Shown here: piece by piece, positions 7,619 to 15,772 of the stretch
Numbering within the stretch: the first letter of the stretch is position 1
Layout of the letters: every line of letters begins with the position of its first letter
DNA from: a virus
Lineage: Duplodnaviria; Heunggongvirae; Uroviricota; Caudoviricetes
Strand: one strand, 5' to 3'
IMG/VR virus record: IMGVR_UViG_2778261152_000002
Location: 1-17,392 of that record
DNA length: 17,392 bases
Notes under the pieces: model-generated
The model's database searches: none
What the model was told of the DNA's origin: nothing
What the model saw: only the letters and a program-made list of their open reading frames with translations
Program-made: the position numbers and the translations under genes

Positions 7619-8560
7619 TCACCCCCTGAATCCTGCCGGGATCTGGCTGTAGTCCACGTTGTCGTAACTGGCTTTGAAGTACGGGTCTTCACGTTTTTCT
7701 GTGTGCGTGCTGACGGACGGCGATAAGCGCAGGGAAAGCTCATCCCATTTTTCCCGCAACTTCGACGGGCTGAGCACGTTACGGCACCAGAACGGATCGC
7801 GGCTGACGCGGCTGTACATCTCGCAGATTTGTTTGTGAGTACGACCATCCTGCACACACATCAGGCGAATTTCGTTTGCCCATGCTGTCCAGTTCGGTTC
7901 TTTGGGACGAACCACCTCGCCGTCACATTCGGCGGCCTGCTCGTACAGGGCAATGATTTTTTTCCAGAGCCACTGTGCGCAGGTCAAATCATCCTGCGTT
8001 CCCCACTGGCGCTTTTTAGGGCTGAATACAACCGCATCAGGATGGCGAGTTAAAAAATCCTGTTCAGCCGTCTGCGTGTCCGGTTGCGAAGCGTCCGGAC
8101 GAGAAGGTTTTTTATCTGACGGATCATGTTTTGATTTTACTGACGGATCCCCGCCAGATTCTGACGGGTGAAAACCCGCTTTTTTGCCAGATTTCGACGC
8201 ATCAAATTTTGACGGGTCAGATTTTGATGCGTCAGATTTTGACGGGTCAGAATCTGACAGTTGAGAAAATGCCGCTGCCTGAAGCTTCGCAACGTTAAGC
8301 TGATAAACATTCGACGCATTGCGGTTACCCTGGCGACGCGCCTTACGCGTTAACCAGCCTTCTGCTTCCAGCCGTGCGATAGCCGTCCTGACGGTACTCA
8401 TCCCCGCGCCAATCTGACGGGCAATAGTTTCAATTGATGGCCAGCACACACCTTCGTCATTACTGAAATCAGCCAGGCGGGCCATAATTGCCACGCTGGA
8501 TAATTTCATGCCTGATGCAGCGCAACCATCCCATACATAGCCGGTTAATTTAGTGCTCAT
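7619..8560 (-). CDS. Replication initiator (O-like): N-terminal HTH, iteron-encoded linker, DnaT-like C-terminal domain
   Basis: 313 aa. N-terminal winged-helix-like segment, central pentapeptide repeats (DPSKS DASKS DPSKF DASKS) encoded by the 15-bp DNA repeats, C-terminus ending ...YSQIPAGFRG like the C-terminus of primosomal protein DnaT (recalled). ATG 8558-8560 with SD GAGG. Confidence 0.8.
   Translation of the reverse strand: MSTKLTGYVWDGCAASGMKLSSVAIMARLADFSNDEGVCWPSIETIARQIGAGMSTVRTAIARLEAEGWLTRKARRQGNRNASNVYQLNVAKLQAAAFSQLSDSDPSKSDASKSDPSKFDASKSGKKAGFHPSESGGDPSVKSKHDPSDKKPSRPDASQPDTQTAEQDFLTRHPDAVVFSPKKRQWGTQDDLTCAQWLWKKIIALYEQAAECDGEVVRPKEPNWTAWANEIRLMCVQDGRTHKQICEMYSRVSRDPFWCRNVLSPSKLREKWDELSLRLSPSVSTHTEKREDPYFKASYDNVDYSQIPAGFRG
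8114..8260. repeat. Iteron array (candidate replication origin) inside the initiator gene
   Basis: At least five tandem 15-bp units (CCAGATTTCGACGCA, TCAAATTTTGACGGG, TCAGATTTTGATGCG, TCAGATTTTGACGGG, TCAGAATCTGACAG) at 8187-8260, plus degenerate copies at 8114-8170. Analogous to lambda ori inside gene O. Confidence 0.6.
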
Positions 8561-8569
8561 GACCGACCT

Positions 8570-8908
8570 CTATTTCCCTGAATTTACGACGAAACTGTTC
8601 GAGCGGGCTGAAGCACTCATGCTCATAGCCTTCGCGGAGGTAGATAACTCGTTGTGTTTCCGGCTCCCAACGAATGACTCTGACGGGCACTCCGTAGTGA
8701 TCTTTGAACCAGCGGTTAACTTGTCGCAAAGGACTGTCTCCTTCTGCCGGTTGAAATCACCCACAGCCCACTCAGCAAAGCTGTGGGTTACAATTTCCCT
8801 GTCACCTGGTACATTAACTGCATAGCAATACTCCACCTTCGCTTTTCCACCCGGTACAGGAAGCGCAATCAGTTGCGAGCGACGGTAGTGTGTTGTTAAA
8901 CTGTTCAT
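8570..8908 (-). CDS. Hypothetical phage protein between cII-like gene and initiator; possible frameshift
   Basis: ATG 8906-8908 overlaps the upstream stop. The N-terminal 53 aa look protein-like; the rest of this frame is Ser-rich and low complexity, while an alternative frame open from about 8746 to a TAA at 8550-8552 encodes a more protein-like tail. Confidence 0.45.
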   Translation of the reverse strand: MNSLTTHYRRSQLIALPVPGGKAKVEYCYAVNVPGDREIVTHSFAEWAVGDFNRQKETVLCDKLTAGSKITTECPSESFVGSRKHNELSTSAKAMSMSASARSNSFVVNSGK

Positions 8909-9513
8909 GCGTTAGTTTCTCCACAGTCACGACACGCCACGGCGCCCGGAGCTGCACACTCGCGGGCGTCATTACTTTCTGAAATGCAAAAGATTTTGTA
9001 GACCAGTGCTGCATGCTCCTGCAGCTTCGAAATTGAGAGATACAGCTCGTCGTTAATTGCTGTCTTCTCATGCGGTTCCACCACACCGTCTTCGATTGCC
9101 GAACGAATCTGTCTGGAATAACTGCCAATTTGTTCAATGACTTCCAGCAGGCGCTGGTTAATATCGGCGTTGTCCACATCCTCGACGTCAGGAAGAGACA
9201 CAAAGACGCCATTTGCAGACTGCGCCACAGCGTCAGCAATGAAGTGAGTTCCACCAGCACGTTGCAAAATCATTGCCCATCCCAGCGGGAAAATCTGATC
9301 GCCATCGGCACGAAGGCGGTTAAATAATGCGTTTTCTGTTACATCCAGCCAGTCAGCTGCTTCAGCGTAACCACCCGGCAACGCTGCGATAGTTTTTCTG
9401 ACAGCTTTCACGTACCACTCAGGCTGTTTTTCTACTTTCCAGTGATGCTTACCCACGGTTAGCCTCATCGTTCTGTGGTTTCTGTTAATCGATTTATCCA
9501 TTAGATTTTTCAT
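8905..9513 (-). CDS. cII-position regulatory protein (CII/CP76- or YdaT-like), start uncertain
   Basis: ORF is open from a GTG at 9570; candidate ATG starts at 9513, 9501 and 9468, none with a strong SD. C-terminus has a C-x7-C-x7-C-x2-C cluster. Function inferred mainly from position downstream of cro. Confidence 0.5.
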   Translation of the reverse strand: MKNLMDKSINRNHRTMRLTVGKHHWKVEKQPEWYVKAVRKTIAALPGGYAEAADWLDVTENALFNRLRADGDQIFPLGWAMILQRAGGTHFIADAVAQSANGVFVSLPDVEDVDNADINQRLLEVIEQIGSYSRQIRSAIEDGVVEPHEKTAINDELYLSISKLQEHAALVYKIFCISESNDARECAAPGAVACRDCGETNA

Positions 9514-9694
9514 AAAGCTCAGGTTTAAATGGCAACCGTCCGCAAGTTCTATATGCAGCTTCTGCTGCACGTCCTTTTGGAATTAACTGGCCCGGACGGT
9601 TTCGCCACTGATAAACGGCTTCAGTTGTTATGCCGAAAAAAGCAGCAACTTTCTCAATACTGCCGAAGTAGCTTTCGATATCGTCAGTTGTCAT
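9494..9694 (-). CDS. cro: Cro-like HTH repressor
   Basis: 66 aa, divergent from cI. HTH-like segment AAFFGITTEAVYQWRN. ATG 9692-9694 with SD GGAGG. Confidence 0.7.
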   Translation of the reverse strand: MTTDDIESYFGSIEKVAAFFGITTEAVYQWRNRPGQLIPKGRAAEAAYRTCGRLPFKPELYEKSNG

Positions 9695-9791
9695 ACGCCC
9701 TCCAAGCTAAGTTTTATTAGATGCTAATTACAAATCTATCTTTGGTCAATAAAAACTAAGATTACTTAGCAATTAAAGAAATGGTGCTCCT
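9695..9791. promoter_or_regulatory. Divergent cro/cI operator-promoter region
   Basis: 97-bp AT-rich interval between divergent cro and cI. Near-palindrome CTAAG-ATTA-CTTAG at 9756-9769 and CTAAG at 9707-9711 with partial inverted partners. Confidence 0.5.
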
Positions 9792-10418
9792 ATGGAAACG
9801 GTTGGTCAGCGTATAAAAGCTCTGAGAAGAGTTACCGGAACGTCCCAGAAAGAATTGGGTAAATTTTGTGGAGTAAGCGACGTTGCTGTGGGGTACTGGG
9901 AGAAAGACATCAATACCCCTGGTGGGGAAGCACTTTCGAAATTAGCGAAGTTCTTCAATACGTCAATAGATTACATTCTTTATGGTGCTGAGTTTGAAGG
10001 CAAACTCGTCACAAACATGCGCAGAGTTCCTGTAATATCGTGGGTTCAGGCTGGGCAGTTTACTGAGTGCAGGGCAGCAGAAGTGTTTAGTGAAGTGGAC
10101 AAGTGGGTAGATACATCATTAAAGATTGGTGATAACTCATTTGCATTAGAGGTTAAAGGTGACTCCATGACTAACCCTAATGGCCTCCCAACAATACCAG
10201 AAGGCGCAACAGTGATTGTAGATCCAGATGCAGAACCTCGTCATGGAAAAATAGTCATCGCTCGACTTGATGGAACAAACGAAGCTACAGTAAAAAAATT
10301 AGTCATCGATGGCCCTCAAAAGTTTTTAGTGCCATTAAATCCTCGGTATCCCAACATCCCTATCAATGGTAATTGCCTTATCATTGGTGTAGTCAAAGGA
10401 GTTCAATACGAACTCTAA
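9792..10418 (+). CDS. cI: CI-type prophage repressor (XRE HTH plus S24 LexA-like peptidase)
   Basis: 208 aa. N-terminal HTH (QKELGKFCGVSDVAVGYWEKD), Ala-Gly cleavage site in VQAGQF, catalytic Ser in GDSM and Lys in ATVKKL. Confidence 0.9.
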   Translation: METVGQRIKALRRVTGTSQKELGKFCGVSDVAVGYWEKDINTPGGEALSKLAKFFNTSIDYILYGAEFEGKLVTNMRRVPVISWVQAGQFTECRAAEVFSEVDKWVDTSLKIGDNSFALEVKGDSMTNPNGLPTIPEGATVIVDPDAEPRHGKIVIARLDGTNEATVKKLVIDGPQKFLVPLNPRYPNIPINGNCLIIGVVKGVQYEL

Positions 10419-10580
10419 GACCTCTCTTCTCTAACTAAGGCACCGAACTAAGAAAAGTTTGGTGTTTTCTCTTGCCACAATAACTAAGTTAAGTTAGATT
10501 TTATATCAAAGATAACGAACAGGCAGGACGCCCACGAAGTAGCCGCCTGGGGCATATGAAGTCCAGGATGATTCGTTAGC

Positions 10581-10606
10581 AACAAAAAAGCGCCCTACAG
10601 GACGCT
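10581..10606 (-). terminator. Candidate intrinsic terminator (minus-strand transcripts)
   Basis: Minus-strand RNA: AGCGUCC-UGUA-GGGCGCU (7-bp stem including one G.U) followed by UUUUUUGUU. The plus-strand version has a C-A mismatch and a poor U tract. Confidence 0.4.
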
Positions 10607-10665
10607 TAGCTCTTTAACAATCTGGTCCCCATCAACAAGTAACTGATAACTTGAGGAGATGTGAA

Positions 10666-10872
10666 ATGCACAAAACAGAACCCAAAATCGTCGCGCCTGG
10701 CTACACAGATGAGGAAATTTATGAGTGGATGACAAAGAAGCTGGCAGCTATAAACCAGCTTCGTGAAGTGCTGTCTTATCGACAGGAAACAATAGACTCC
10801 TTAAAAAAACTGGATCAGGAAATCACGGTTTTATCACAGGATGTTACTTTAGATATTGTGCAGACAAATTAG
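10666..10872 (+). CDS. Hypothetical small coiled-coil protein (immunity-region insert)
   Basis: The track ORF starts at a TTG at 10651; ATG at 10666 with strong SD GAGGAG is preferred, giving 68 aa. Heptad-like charged/hydrophobic pattern. Its 3' end overlaps the convergent 144-aa gene by 29 nt. Confidence 0.45.
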   Translation: MHKTEPKIVAPGYTDEEIYEWMTKKLAAINQLREVLSYRQETIDSLKKLDQEITVLSQDVTLDIVQTN

Positions 10873-11278
10873 GATCCCATTCATTTTCGTCAAAATCATC
10901 AAAGTGATGAATTTGTGATCTCCAGTCTCGATAATCTAAAAATTTCTGGGCGGTTACGCTTATTTTATCAAGTGTGAGTTCATCCTGAATTGAAAGAAGA
11001 AGTTCATCAAATTTCATCTCATTAATCTGTTTTGGCATCCAGTGATGCTTCATCAGAATAAGGTGAACCAGAGCCTTTTTCCCATTCAACTGATTATAGG
11101 GAGTGCCGAATTTCTTCCGGTGCTCATGTAAGACAAGGTCCAAAAGAGTAAGTAATGTTGCCCTTGATTCAACTTTGCTTATTTCGACTGATGACACTAC
11201 CCCACTGATTTCAATGCCCCGATACTTTCCAACATTTTCACAGTGGGATTTGTACAGCGTATAGATATTACCGGACAT
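10844..11278 (-). CDS. Hypothetical 144-aa protein in the immunity region (rex/sieB position)
   Basis: ATG 11276-11278 with SD AAAGGAAAAG. AT-rich gene. No TM segments. Contains R-x6-H (RDWRSQIH), too degenerate to call a HEPN domain. Confidence 0.55.
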   Translation of the reverse strand: MSGNIYTLYKSHCENVGKYRGIEISGVVSSVEISKVESRATLLTLLDLVLHEHRKKFGTPYNQLNGKKALVHLILMKHHWMPKQINEMKFDELLLSIQDELTLDKISVTAQKFLDYRDWRSQIHHFDDFDENEWDPNLSAQYLK

Positions 11279-11430
11279 TTCTTTTCCTTTTGCGTTGTTG
11301 GGGATAACCAGATTAACCGAATCCTTGTTGTTGGGGAATAACTAGGTCCACCTCGCCTGATGTGGCTAAAAGCAGGCACATAACAGCTAAGTATTTTCAA
11401 CCAGAGAGAATCCTTAGCGTTGTGGTGAAT
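11279..11430. promoter_or_regulatory. Candidate OL/PL-type control region
   Basis: Position between the immunity insert and the early-left genes. Direct repeats GTTGTTGGGGATAAC (11294-11308) and GTTGTTGGGGAATAAC (11327-11342). CTAAG (11387-11391) and CTTAG (11413-11417) form an inverted pair. No confident -35/-10 identified. Confidence 0.3.
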
Positions 11431-11564
11431 GCGGCTCAGCGCACGCGGGTTAAGGTTGAGGCTGACAGTCGACCTTCTGTGGATACCCACCCGCCTGGTG
11501 TGCAACCTTCGCCAGGCACCGGGAGGCACCCGGCACCACAACTTTATGCTGTGTGTAGTCTTGG

Positions 11565-11609
11565 CGGTACCAGCTTGTACCCTTGCTTCCGGCTGGTACC
11601 GTCCTTTTT
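11565..11609 (+). terminator. Candidate intrinsic terminator in the early-left leader
   Basis: Plus-strand hairpin CGGTACCAGC (11565-11574) / GCTGGTACCG (11592-11601), 10-bp stem with 17-nt loop, then TCC and TTTTT (11605-11609). Confidence 0.35.
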
Positions 11610-11746
11610 ACAAAACAGAGAAGAGCATCACCGGACGACGGGCTCATAACCCAATCCATCCGGGCGGCAGTCACCGCAGGTGTTCTTCTCTGTTTTGTGG
11701 AGAAACTAACCGACCTTGCAGGGTCGATATGATGAGGAGCAGCAAA

Positions 11747-12109
11747 ATGGCTAGCGAACGCAGTACTGATGTGCAGGCATTTATCGGGGAGCTGGACGGC
11801 GGCGTATTTGAAACCAAAATCGGCGCAGTTCTCAGTGAAGTCGCTTCCGGTGTGATGAACACGAAAACCAAAGGTAAGGTCTCGCTCAACCTGGAAATCG
11901 AACCGTTTGATGAGAACCGAGTGAAAATCAAACACAAACTCTCATATGTTCGCCCGACTAACCGCGGGAAAATTTCCGAAGAAGACACCACCGAAACGCC
12001 GATGTATGTCAATCGCGGTGGTCGCCTGACTATTCTGCAGGAAGACCAGGGACAGTTACTGACTCTTGCCGGTGAACCTGACGGAAAACTCCGCGCAGCA
12101 GGTCGTTAA
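11747..12109 (+). CDS. Hypothetical early protein, YfdP-like (120 aa)
   Basis: The track ORF from 11429 has a Pro/Arg-rich, improbable N-terminus; ATG at 11747 with SD GAGGAG gives a 120-aa product. YfdP-like call rests on size and on neighbourhood with the YfdQ/R/S/T-like genes. Confidence 0.6.
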   Translation: MASERSTDVQAFIGELDGGVFETKIGAVLSEVASGVMNTKTKGKVSLNLEIEPFDENRVKIKHKLSYVRPTNRGKISEEDTTETPMYVNRGGRLTILQEDQGQLLTLAGEPDGKLRAAGR

Positions 12110-12174
12110 TATCGTTTTTAATTAACTGATTATTTATCTCATCACTGAATATCTTTATATAGTGAGGACTTATT

Positions 12175-12999
12175 ATGTCTCAGAACTTAGACGCAACCGC
12201 AATTAATCAAATCCATGCCCTTATTTCTGCTCAGGGTGTTAATGAAATTATCAGTAAGATTGGTGCCGATGCTGTGGCATTGCCTGAGAATTTCCGCATT
12301 CATGATCTGGAAAAATTTAATTTAAATCGCTTCCGTTTCCGTGGTGCGCTTTCCACTGCCAGCATCGATGACTTTACCCGTTATTCTAAAGATCTTGCAG
12401 ATGAAGGCACCCGCTGCTTTATCGATGCTGATAATATGCGTGCCGTCAGTGTGCTTAACCTGGGTACTATTGATGAACCAGGTCACGCAGATAACACCGC
12501 CACACTCAAACTGAAAAAGACAGCACCGTTCTCTGCTCTGTTGTCTGTTAACGGCGAGCGTAACTCCCAGAAGTCACTAGCAGAATGGATTGAAGACTGG
12601 GCCGACTATCTTGTGGGCTTTGATGCTAATGGTGACGCTATTCAGGCAACAAAAGCGGCTGCGGCTGTCCGTAAAATCACGATTGAAGCAAACCAGACCG
12701 CTGATTTTGAAGATAATGACTTCAGCGGCAAACGCTCCCTGATGGAGTCTGTCGAAGCGAAGACCAAAGACATTATGCCAGTGGCATTTGAATTTAAATG
12801 CGTTCCGTTTGAAGGTCTGAAAGAACGTCCGTTTAAATTACGCCTCAGTATTATCACTGGCGATCGTCCTGTACTGGTTCTGCGCATTATTCAGCTGGAG
12901 GCGGTGCAGGAAGAAATGGCTAACGAATTTCGTGATCTGCTTGTTGAGAAATTCAAGGACAGCAAAGTAGAAACCTTTATTGGTACTTTCACCGCCTGA
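12175..12999 (+). CDS. yfdQ: YfdQ-like protein (DUF2303 family as recalled)
   Basis: 274-aa ORF with SD GTGAGGA. Length and position match E. coli YfdQ; family assignment is from memory. Confidence 0.7.
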   Translation: MSQNLDATAINQIHALISAQGVNEIISKIGADAVALPENFRIHDLEKFNLNRFRFRGALSTASIDDFTRYSKDLADEGTRCFIDADNMRAVSVLNLGTIDEPGHADNTATLKLKKTAPFSALLSVNGERNSQKSLAEWIEDWADYLVGFDANGDAIQATKAAAAVRKITIEANQTADFEDNDFSGKRSLMESVEAKTKDIMPVAFEFKCVPFEGLKERPFKLRLSIITGDRPVLVLRIIQLEAVQEEMANEFRDLLVEKFKDSKVETFIGTFTA

Positions 13000-13126
13000 T
13001 TTCATTACTGCAAATGCCCCTGCGGGGGCATTTATGGAAACGTAATTTACTCAATAATCGCCGGATGGTGAGGGATTCTTTTTGCCAGAATTCAGCGCGG
13101 TGCAGCGCATATACGTGGAGAACAAA

Positions 13127-13663
13127 ATGTCATTTATTAAAACTTTTTCCGGGAAGCATTTTTATTATGACAGGATAAATAAAGACGACATCGATATTAA
13201 CGATATCGCGGTTTCCCTTTCAAATATCTGTCGCTTTGCCGGTCATCTTTCGCACTTCTACAGCGTCGCCCAACATGCGGTTCTTTGCAGCCAGCTGGTG
13301 CCGCAGGAATTTGCTTTTGAAGCGTTAATGCATGATGCAACAGAAGCGTATTGCCAGGACATTCCCGCACCACTGAAACGCCTTCTTCCTGACTATAAAC
13401 AAATGGAAGAAAAAATAGACGCCGTAATCCGTGAGAAATACGGGTTACCCCCAGTTATGAGTACGCCCGTGAAATATGCCGATCTCATCATGCTGGCAAC
13501 CGAACGCCGCGATCTCGGGCTTGATGATGGCTCTTTCTGGCCTGTACTGGAAGGTATCCCGGCAACAGAGATGTTCAACGTGATTCCACTGGCACCGGGC
13601 CATGCCTACGGGATGTTTATGGAACGCTTTAACGAGTTATCGGAGTTACGCAAATGCGCATGA
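13127..13663 (+). CDS. yfdR: HD-domain phosphohydrolase, YfdR-like
   Basis: The track start at 13082 is TTG; ATG at 13127 with SD GGAGA gives 178 aa. Metal-binding signature H...HD present (VAQHAV ... ALMHDATEAY). Confidence 0.8.
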   Translation: MSFIKTFSGKHFYYDRINKDDIDINDIAVSLSNICRFAGHLSHFYSVAQHAVLCSQLVPQEFAFEALMHDATEAYCQDIPAPLKRLLPDYKQMEEKIDAVIREKYGLPPVMSTPVKYADLIMLATERRDLGLDDGSFWPVLEGIPATEMFNVIPLAPGHAYGMFMERFNELSELRKCA

Positions 13664-14016
13664 ATGTTTTCGAAATGGAAGGGTTTCTTCGTGGGAGATG
13701 TGTACCGCGAGATCTGAAAGTAAATGAAACAGATGCTGAATACCTGGTGCGTAAATTCGATGCGCTTGAAGCTAAATGTGCAGCACAGGAAAACAAAGTA
13801 ATACCAGTGTCAACTGAACTGCCACCAGCAAATGAAAGTGTTTTGTTATTCGATGCTAACGGAGAAGGCTGGCTAATTGGCTGGCGTTCTCTCTGGTACA
13901 CCTGGGGACAAAAAGAAACCGGAGAATGGCAGTGGACATTTCAGGTCGGGGACCTTGAAAACGTCAATATCACTCACTGGGCAGTAATGCCAAAAGCACC
14001 GGAGGCTGGAGCATAA
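13654..14016 (+). CDS. DUF551-like protein (YfdS-like)
   Basis: 120 aa. Trp-rich C-terminal half ending ITHWAVMPKAPE, reminiscent of DUF551. Overlaps upstream stop; stop overlaps next start (TAATG). Confidence 0.6.
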   Translation: MRMNVFEMEGFLRGRCVPRDLKVNETDAEYLVRKFDALEAKCAAQENKVIPVSTELPPANESVLLFDANGEGWLIGWRSLWYTWGQKETGEWQWTFQVGDLENVNITHWAVMPKAPEAGA

Positions 14017-14321
14017 TGACCACTTTTACCGACAAAGAACTGATTAAAGAAATTAAAGAGCGTATCAGCAGCCTTGACGTGCGAGACGATATTGAGCGCC
14101 GTGCTTATGAAATCGCACTCCTATCTCTGGAAGTAGAACCAGATGAACGCGAAGCTTATGAATTATTCATGGAAAAGCGTTTCGGTGACTTAGTAGATCG
14201 TCGGAGAGCAAAAAACGGCGATAACGAATACATGGCATGGGATATGACTCTCGGTTGGATCGTCTGGCAGCAACGAGCTGGTATCCATTTTTCAACAATG
14301 TCACAGCAAGAGGTGAAATAA
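14016..14321 (+). CDS. Hypothetical early protein (YfdT-like, 101 aa)
   Basis: 101-aa ORF, SD GGAGG, TAATG overlaps with both neighbours. No motif recognised. Confidence 0.55.
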   Translation: MTTFTDKELIKEIKERISSLDVRDDIERRAYEIALLSLEVEPDEREAYELFMEKRFGDLVDRRRAKNGDNEYMAWDMTLGWIVWQQRAGIHFSTMSQQEVK

Positions 14322-14671
14322 TGGAGCCATACAGCCTCACACTCGATGAGGCCTGTCATTTTCTCAAGATATCCAGACCGACTGCCATTAACTGGATACG
14401 CACAGGGCGTCTTCAGGCAACACGCAAAGATCCCACTAAGAATAAATCTCCTTACCTCACAACACGACAAGCCTGCATTGCGGCTCTTCAGTCTCCGCTG
14501 CATACTGTCCAGGTGAGCGCGGGTGATGGCATAACAGAGGAAAGAAAATGTCACTCTTCCGCAGAGGTGAAATATGGTACGCCAGTTTCACATTGCCGAA
14601 CGGTAAAAGATTTAAACAGTCTCTTGGAACAAAGGACAAAAGGCAGGCGACAGAACTCCATGACAAGCTAA
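14321..14671 (+). CDS. xis: Excisionase (Xis), P22-like
   Basis: ATG 14321 with SD AGAGGTG gives 116 aa. N-terminal HTH-like segment [26 protein letters not shown]. Sits immediately upstream of int. The 3' end overlaps int by about 120 nt in another frame, so the true stop is uncertain. Confidence 0.55.
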   Translation: MEPYSLTLDEACHFLKISRPTAINWIRTGRLQATRKDPTKNKSPYLTTRQACIAALQSPLHTVQVSAGDGITEERKCHSSAEVKYGTPVSHCRTVKDLNSLLEQRTKGRRQNSMTS

Positions 14672-15711
14672 AGGCTGAAGCATGGCGGGTCAGCAAACTT
14701 GGTGAAATACCTGATATAACGTTCGAGGAAGCGTGTGTCAGGTGGCTTGAAGAGAAAGCACATAAAAAATCACTGGACGATGACAAAAGCCGGATCGGAT
14801 TCTGGCTTCAACATTTCGCAGGAATGCAACTAAGAGACATTACTGAATCAAAAATTTATTCAGCAATGCAGAAAATGACGAACCGGCGTCATGAGGAAAA
14901 CTGGAAACTCAGGGCAGAAGCATGCAGAAAAAAAGGGAAACCTGTTCCAGAATACACGCCAAAACCAGCGTCCGTTGCAACGAAGGCTACGCATCTTTCA
15001 TTTATAAAGGCCCTACTAAGAGCCGCAGAGCGTGAATGGAAAATGCTGGATAAGGCACCAATTATTAAAGTGCCTCAACCAAAGAATAAACGGATCCGCT
15101 GGCTGGAGCCCCATGAAGCACAAAGGCTGATTGATGAATGTCCGGAGCCATTAAAGTCTGTTGTTGAATTTGCACTGGCAACAGGCTTAAGACGCTCGAA
15201 CATCATCAACCTTGAATGGCAACAAATAGATATGCAGCGCCGGGTGGCATGGATAAACCCGGAAGAGAGTAAATCAAACCGCGCAATCGGCGTTGCGCTG
15301 AATGATACTGCATGTCGCGTTTTGAAAAAACAAATCGGGAATCATCACCGTTGGGTATTTGTGTACAAGGAAAGCTGTACCAAACCAGACGGAACGAAAG
15401 CGCCAACAGTAAGGAAGATGCGGTATGACGCAAACACAGCCTGGAAAGCGGCGCTGAGACGGGCTGGTATTGATGATTTCAGATTTCACGACTTGAGACA
15501 CACCTGGGCAAGTTGGCTGGTTCAAGCCGGAGTCCCGTTGTCAGTGTTACAGGAAATGGGAGGCTGGGAGTCTATCGAAATGGTTCGTCGATATGCTCAC
15601 CTTGCACCTAATCACCTTACCGAACACGCACGGCAAATAGACTCGATCCTGAACCCATCGGTCCCAAATTTGTCCCAGTCAAAAAATAAGGAAGGTACTA
15701 ATGATGTGTAA
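14548..15711 (+). CDS. int: Tyrosine integrase (P22/Sf-type, 387 aa)
   Basis: N-terminus [34 protein letters not shown] typical of P22-family integrases. Catalytic-region residues in [11 protein letters not shown] and Tyr in RRYAHL. SD AGAGGA. Transcribed toward the att core. Confidence 0.9.
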   Translation: MSLFRRGEIWYASFTLPNGKRFKQSLGTKDKRQATELHDKLKAEAWRVSKLGEIPDITFEEACVRWLEEKAHKKSLDDDKSRIGFWLQHFAGMQLRDITESKIYSAMQKMTNRRHEENWKLRAEACRKKGKPVPEYTPKPASVATKATHLSFIKALLRAAEREWKMLDKAPIIKVPQPKNKRIRWLEPHEAQRLIDECPEPLKSVVEFALATGLRRSNIINLEWQQIDMQRRVAWINPEESKSNRAIGVALNDTACRVLKKQIGNHHRWVFVYKESCTKPDGTKAPTVRKMRYDANTAWKAALRRAGIDDFRFHDLRHTWASWLVQAGVPLSVLQEMGGWESIEMVRRYAHLAPNHLTEHARQIDSILNPSVPNLSQSKNKEGTNDV

Positions 15712-15725
15712 CTTATTGATTTAAA

Positions 15726-15772
15726 TGGTGCCGATAATAGGAGTCGAACCTACGACCTTCGCATTACGAATC
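15726..15772 (-). other. attP core: 47-nt 3' fragment of tRNA-Thr (anticodon loop to CCA end)
   Basis: Reverse complement reads GATTCGTAATGCGAAGGTCGTAGGTTCGACTCCTATTATCGGCACCA: anticodon loop with CGU, T-arm GGTTCGACTCC, 3' CCA. Similarity to the tRNA breaks 5' of the anticodon stem, so this is not a complete tRNA. Matches thrW as recalled. Confidence 0.75.

Noticed and set aside
3708-7857. Numerous plus-strand ORFs across the Q-to-initiator block (for example 3708-3977, 3883-4227, 4187-4459, 4590-4847, 4991-5203, 5582-5803, 5926-6234, 5984-6178, 6331-6912, 6919-7131, 7085-7357, 7403-7588) and minus-strand 6210-6722, 6807-7007, 7600-7857
   Set aside because: Each is antisense to or frame-overlapping a better-supported minus-strand gene with recognisable motifs and coupled starts.
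7829-9720. ORFs 7829-8053, 7902-8171, 8137-8319, 8553-8825, 8814-9260, 9070-9327, 9529-9720
   Set aside because: Overlap the initiator, cII-like and cro genes in other frames or on the opposite strand. 8137-8319 is simply the iteron array read in another frame.
11197-12012. ORFs 11197-11541, 11362-11649, 11450-11935, 11671-12012 and the first 100 codons of the 11429 ORF (possible N-like gene)
   Set aside because: Pro/Arg/Ser-rich low-complexity translations without good starts. I looked for an Arg-rich N-like protein and could not support one; the region is better explained as structured leader.
13012-13033. Hairpin AAATGCCCC-TGCG-GGGGCATTT after the yfdQ-like gene as an intrinsic terminator
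   Set aside because: Strong 9-bp stem but followed by AUGGAAACG, with no real U tract. Might be an attenuator, not confidently a terminator.
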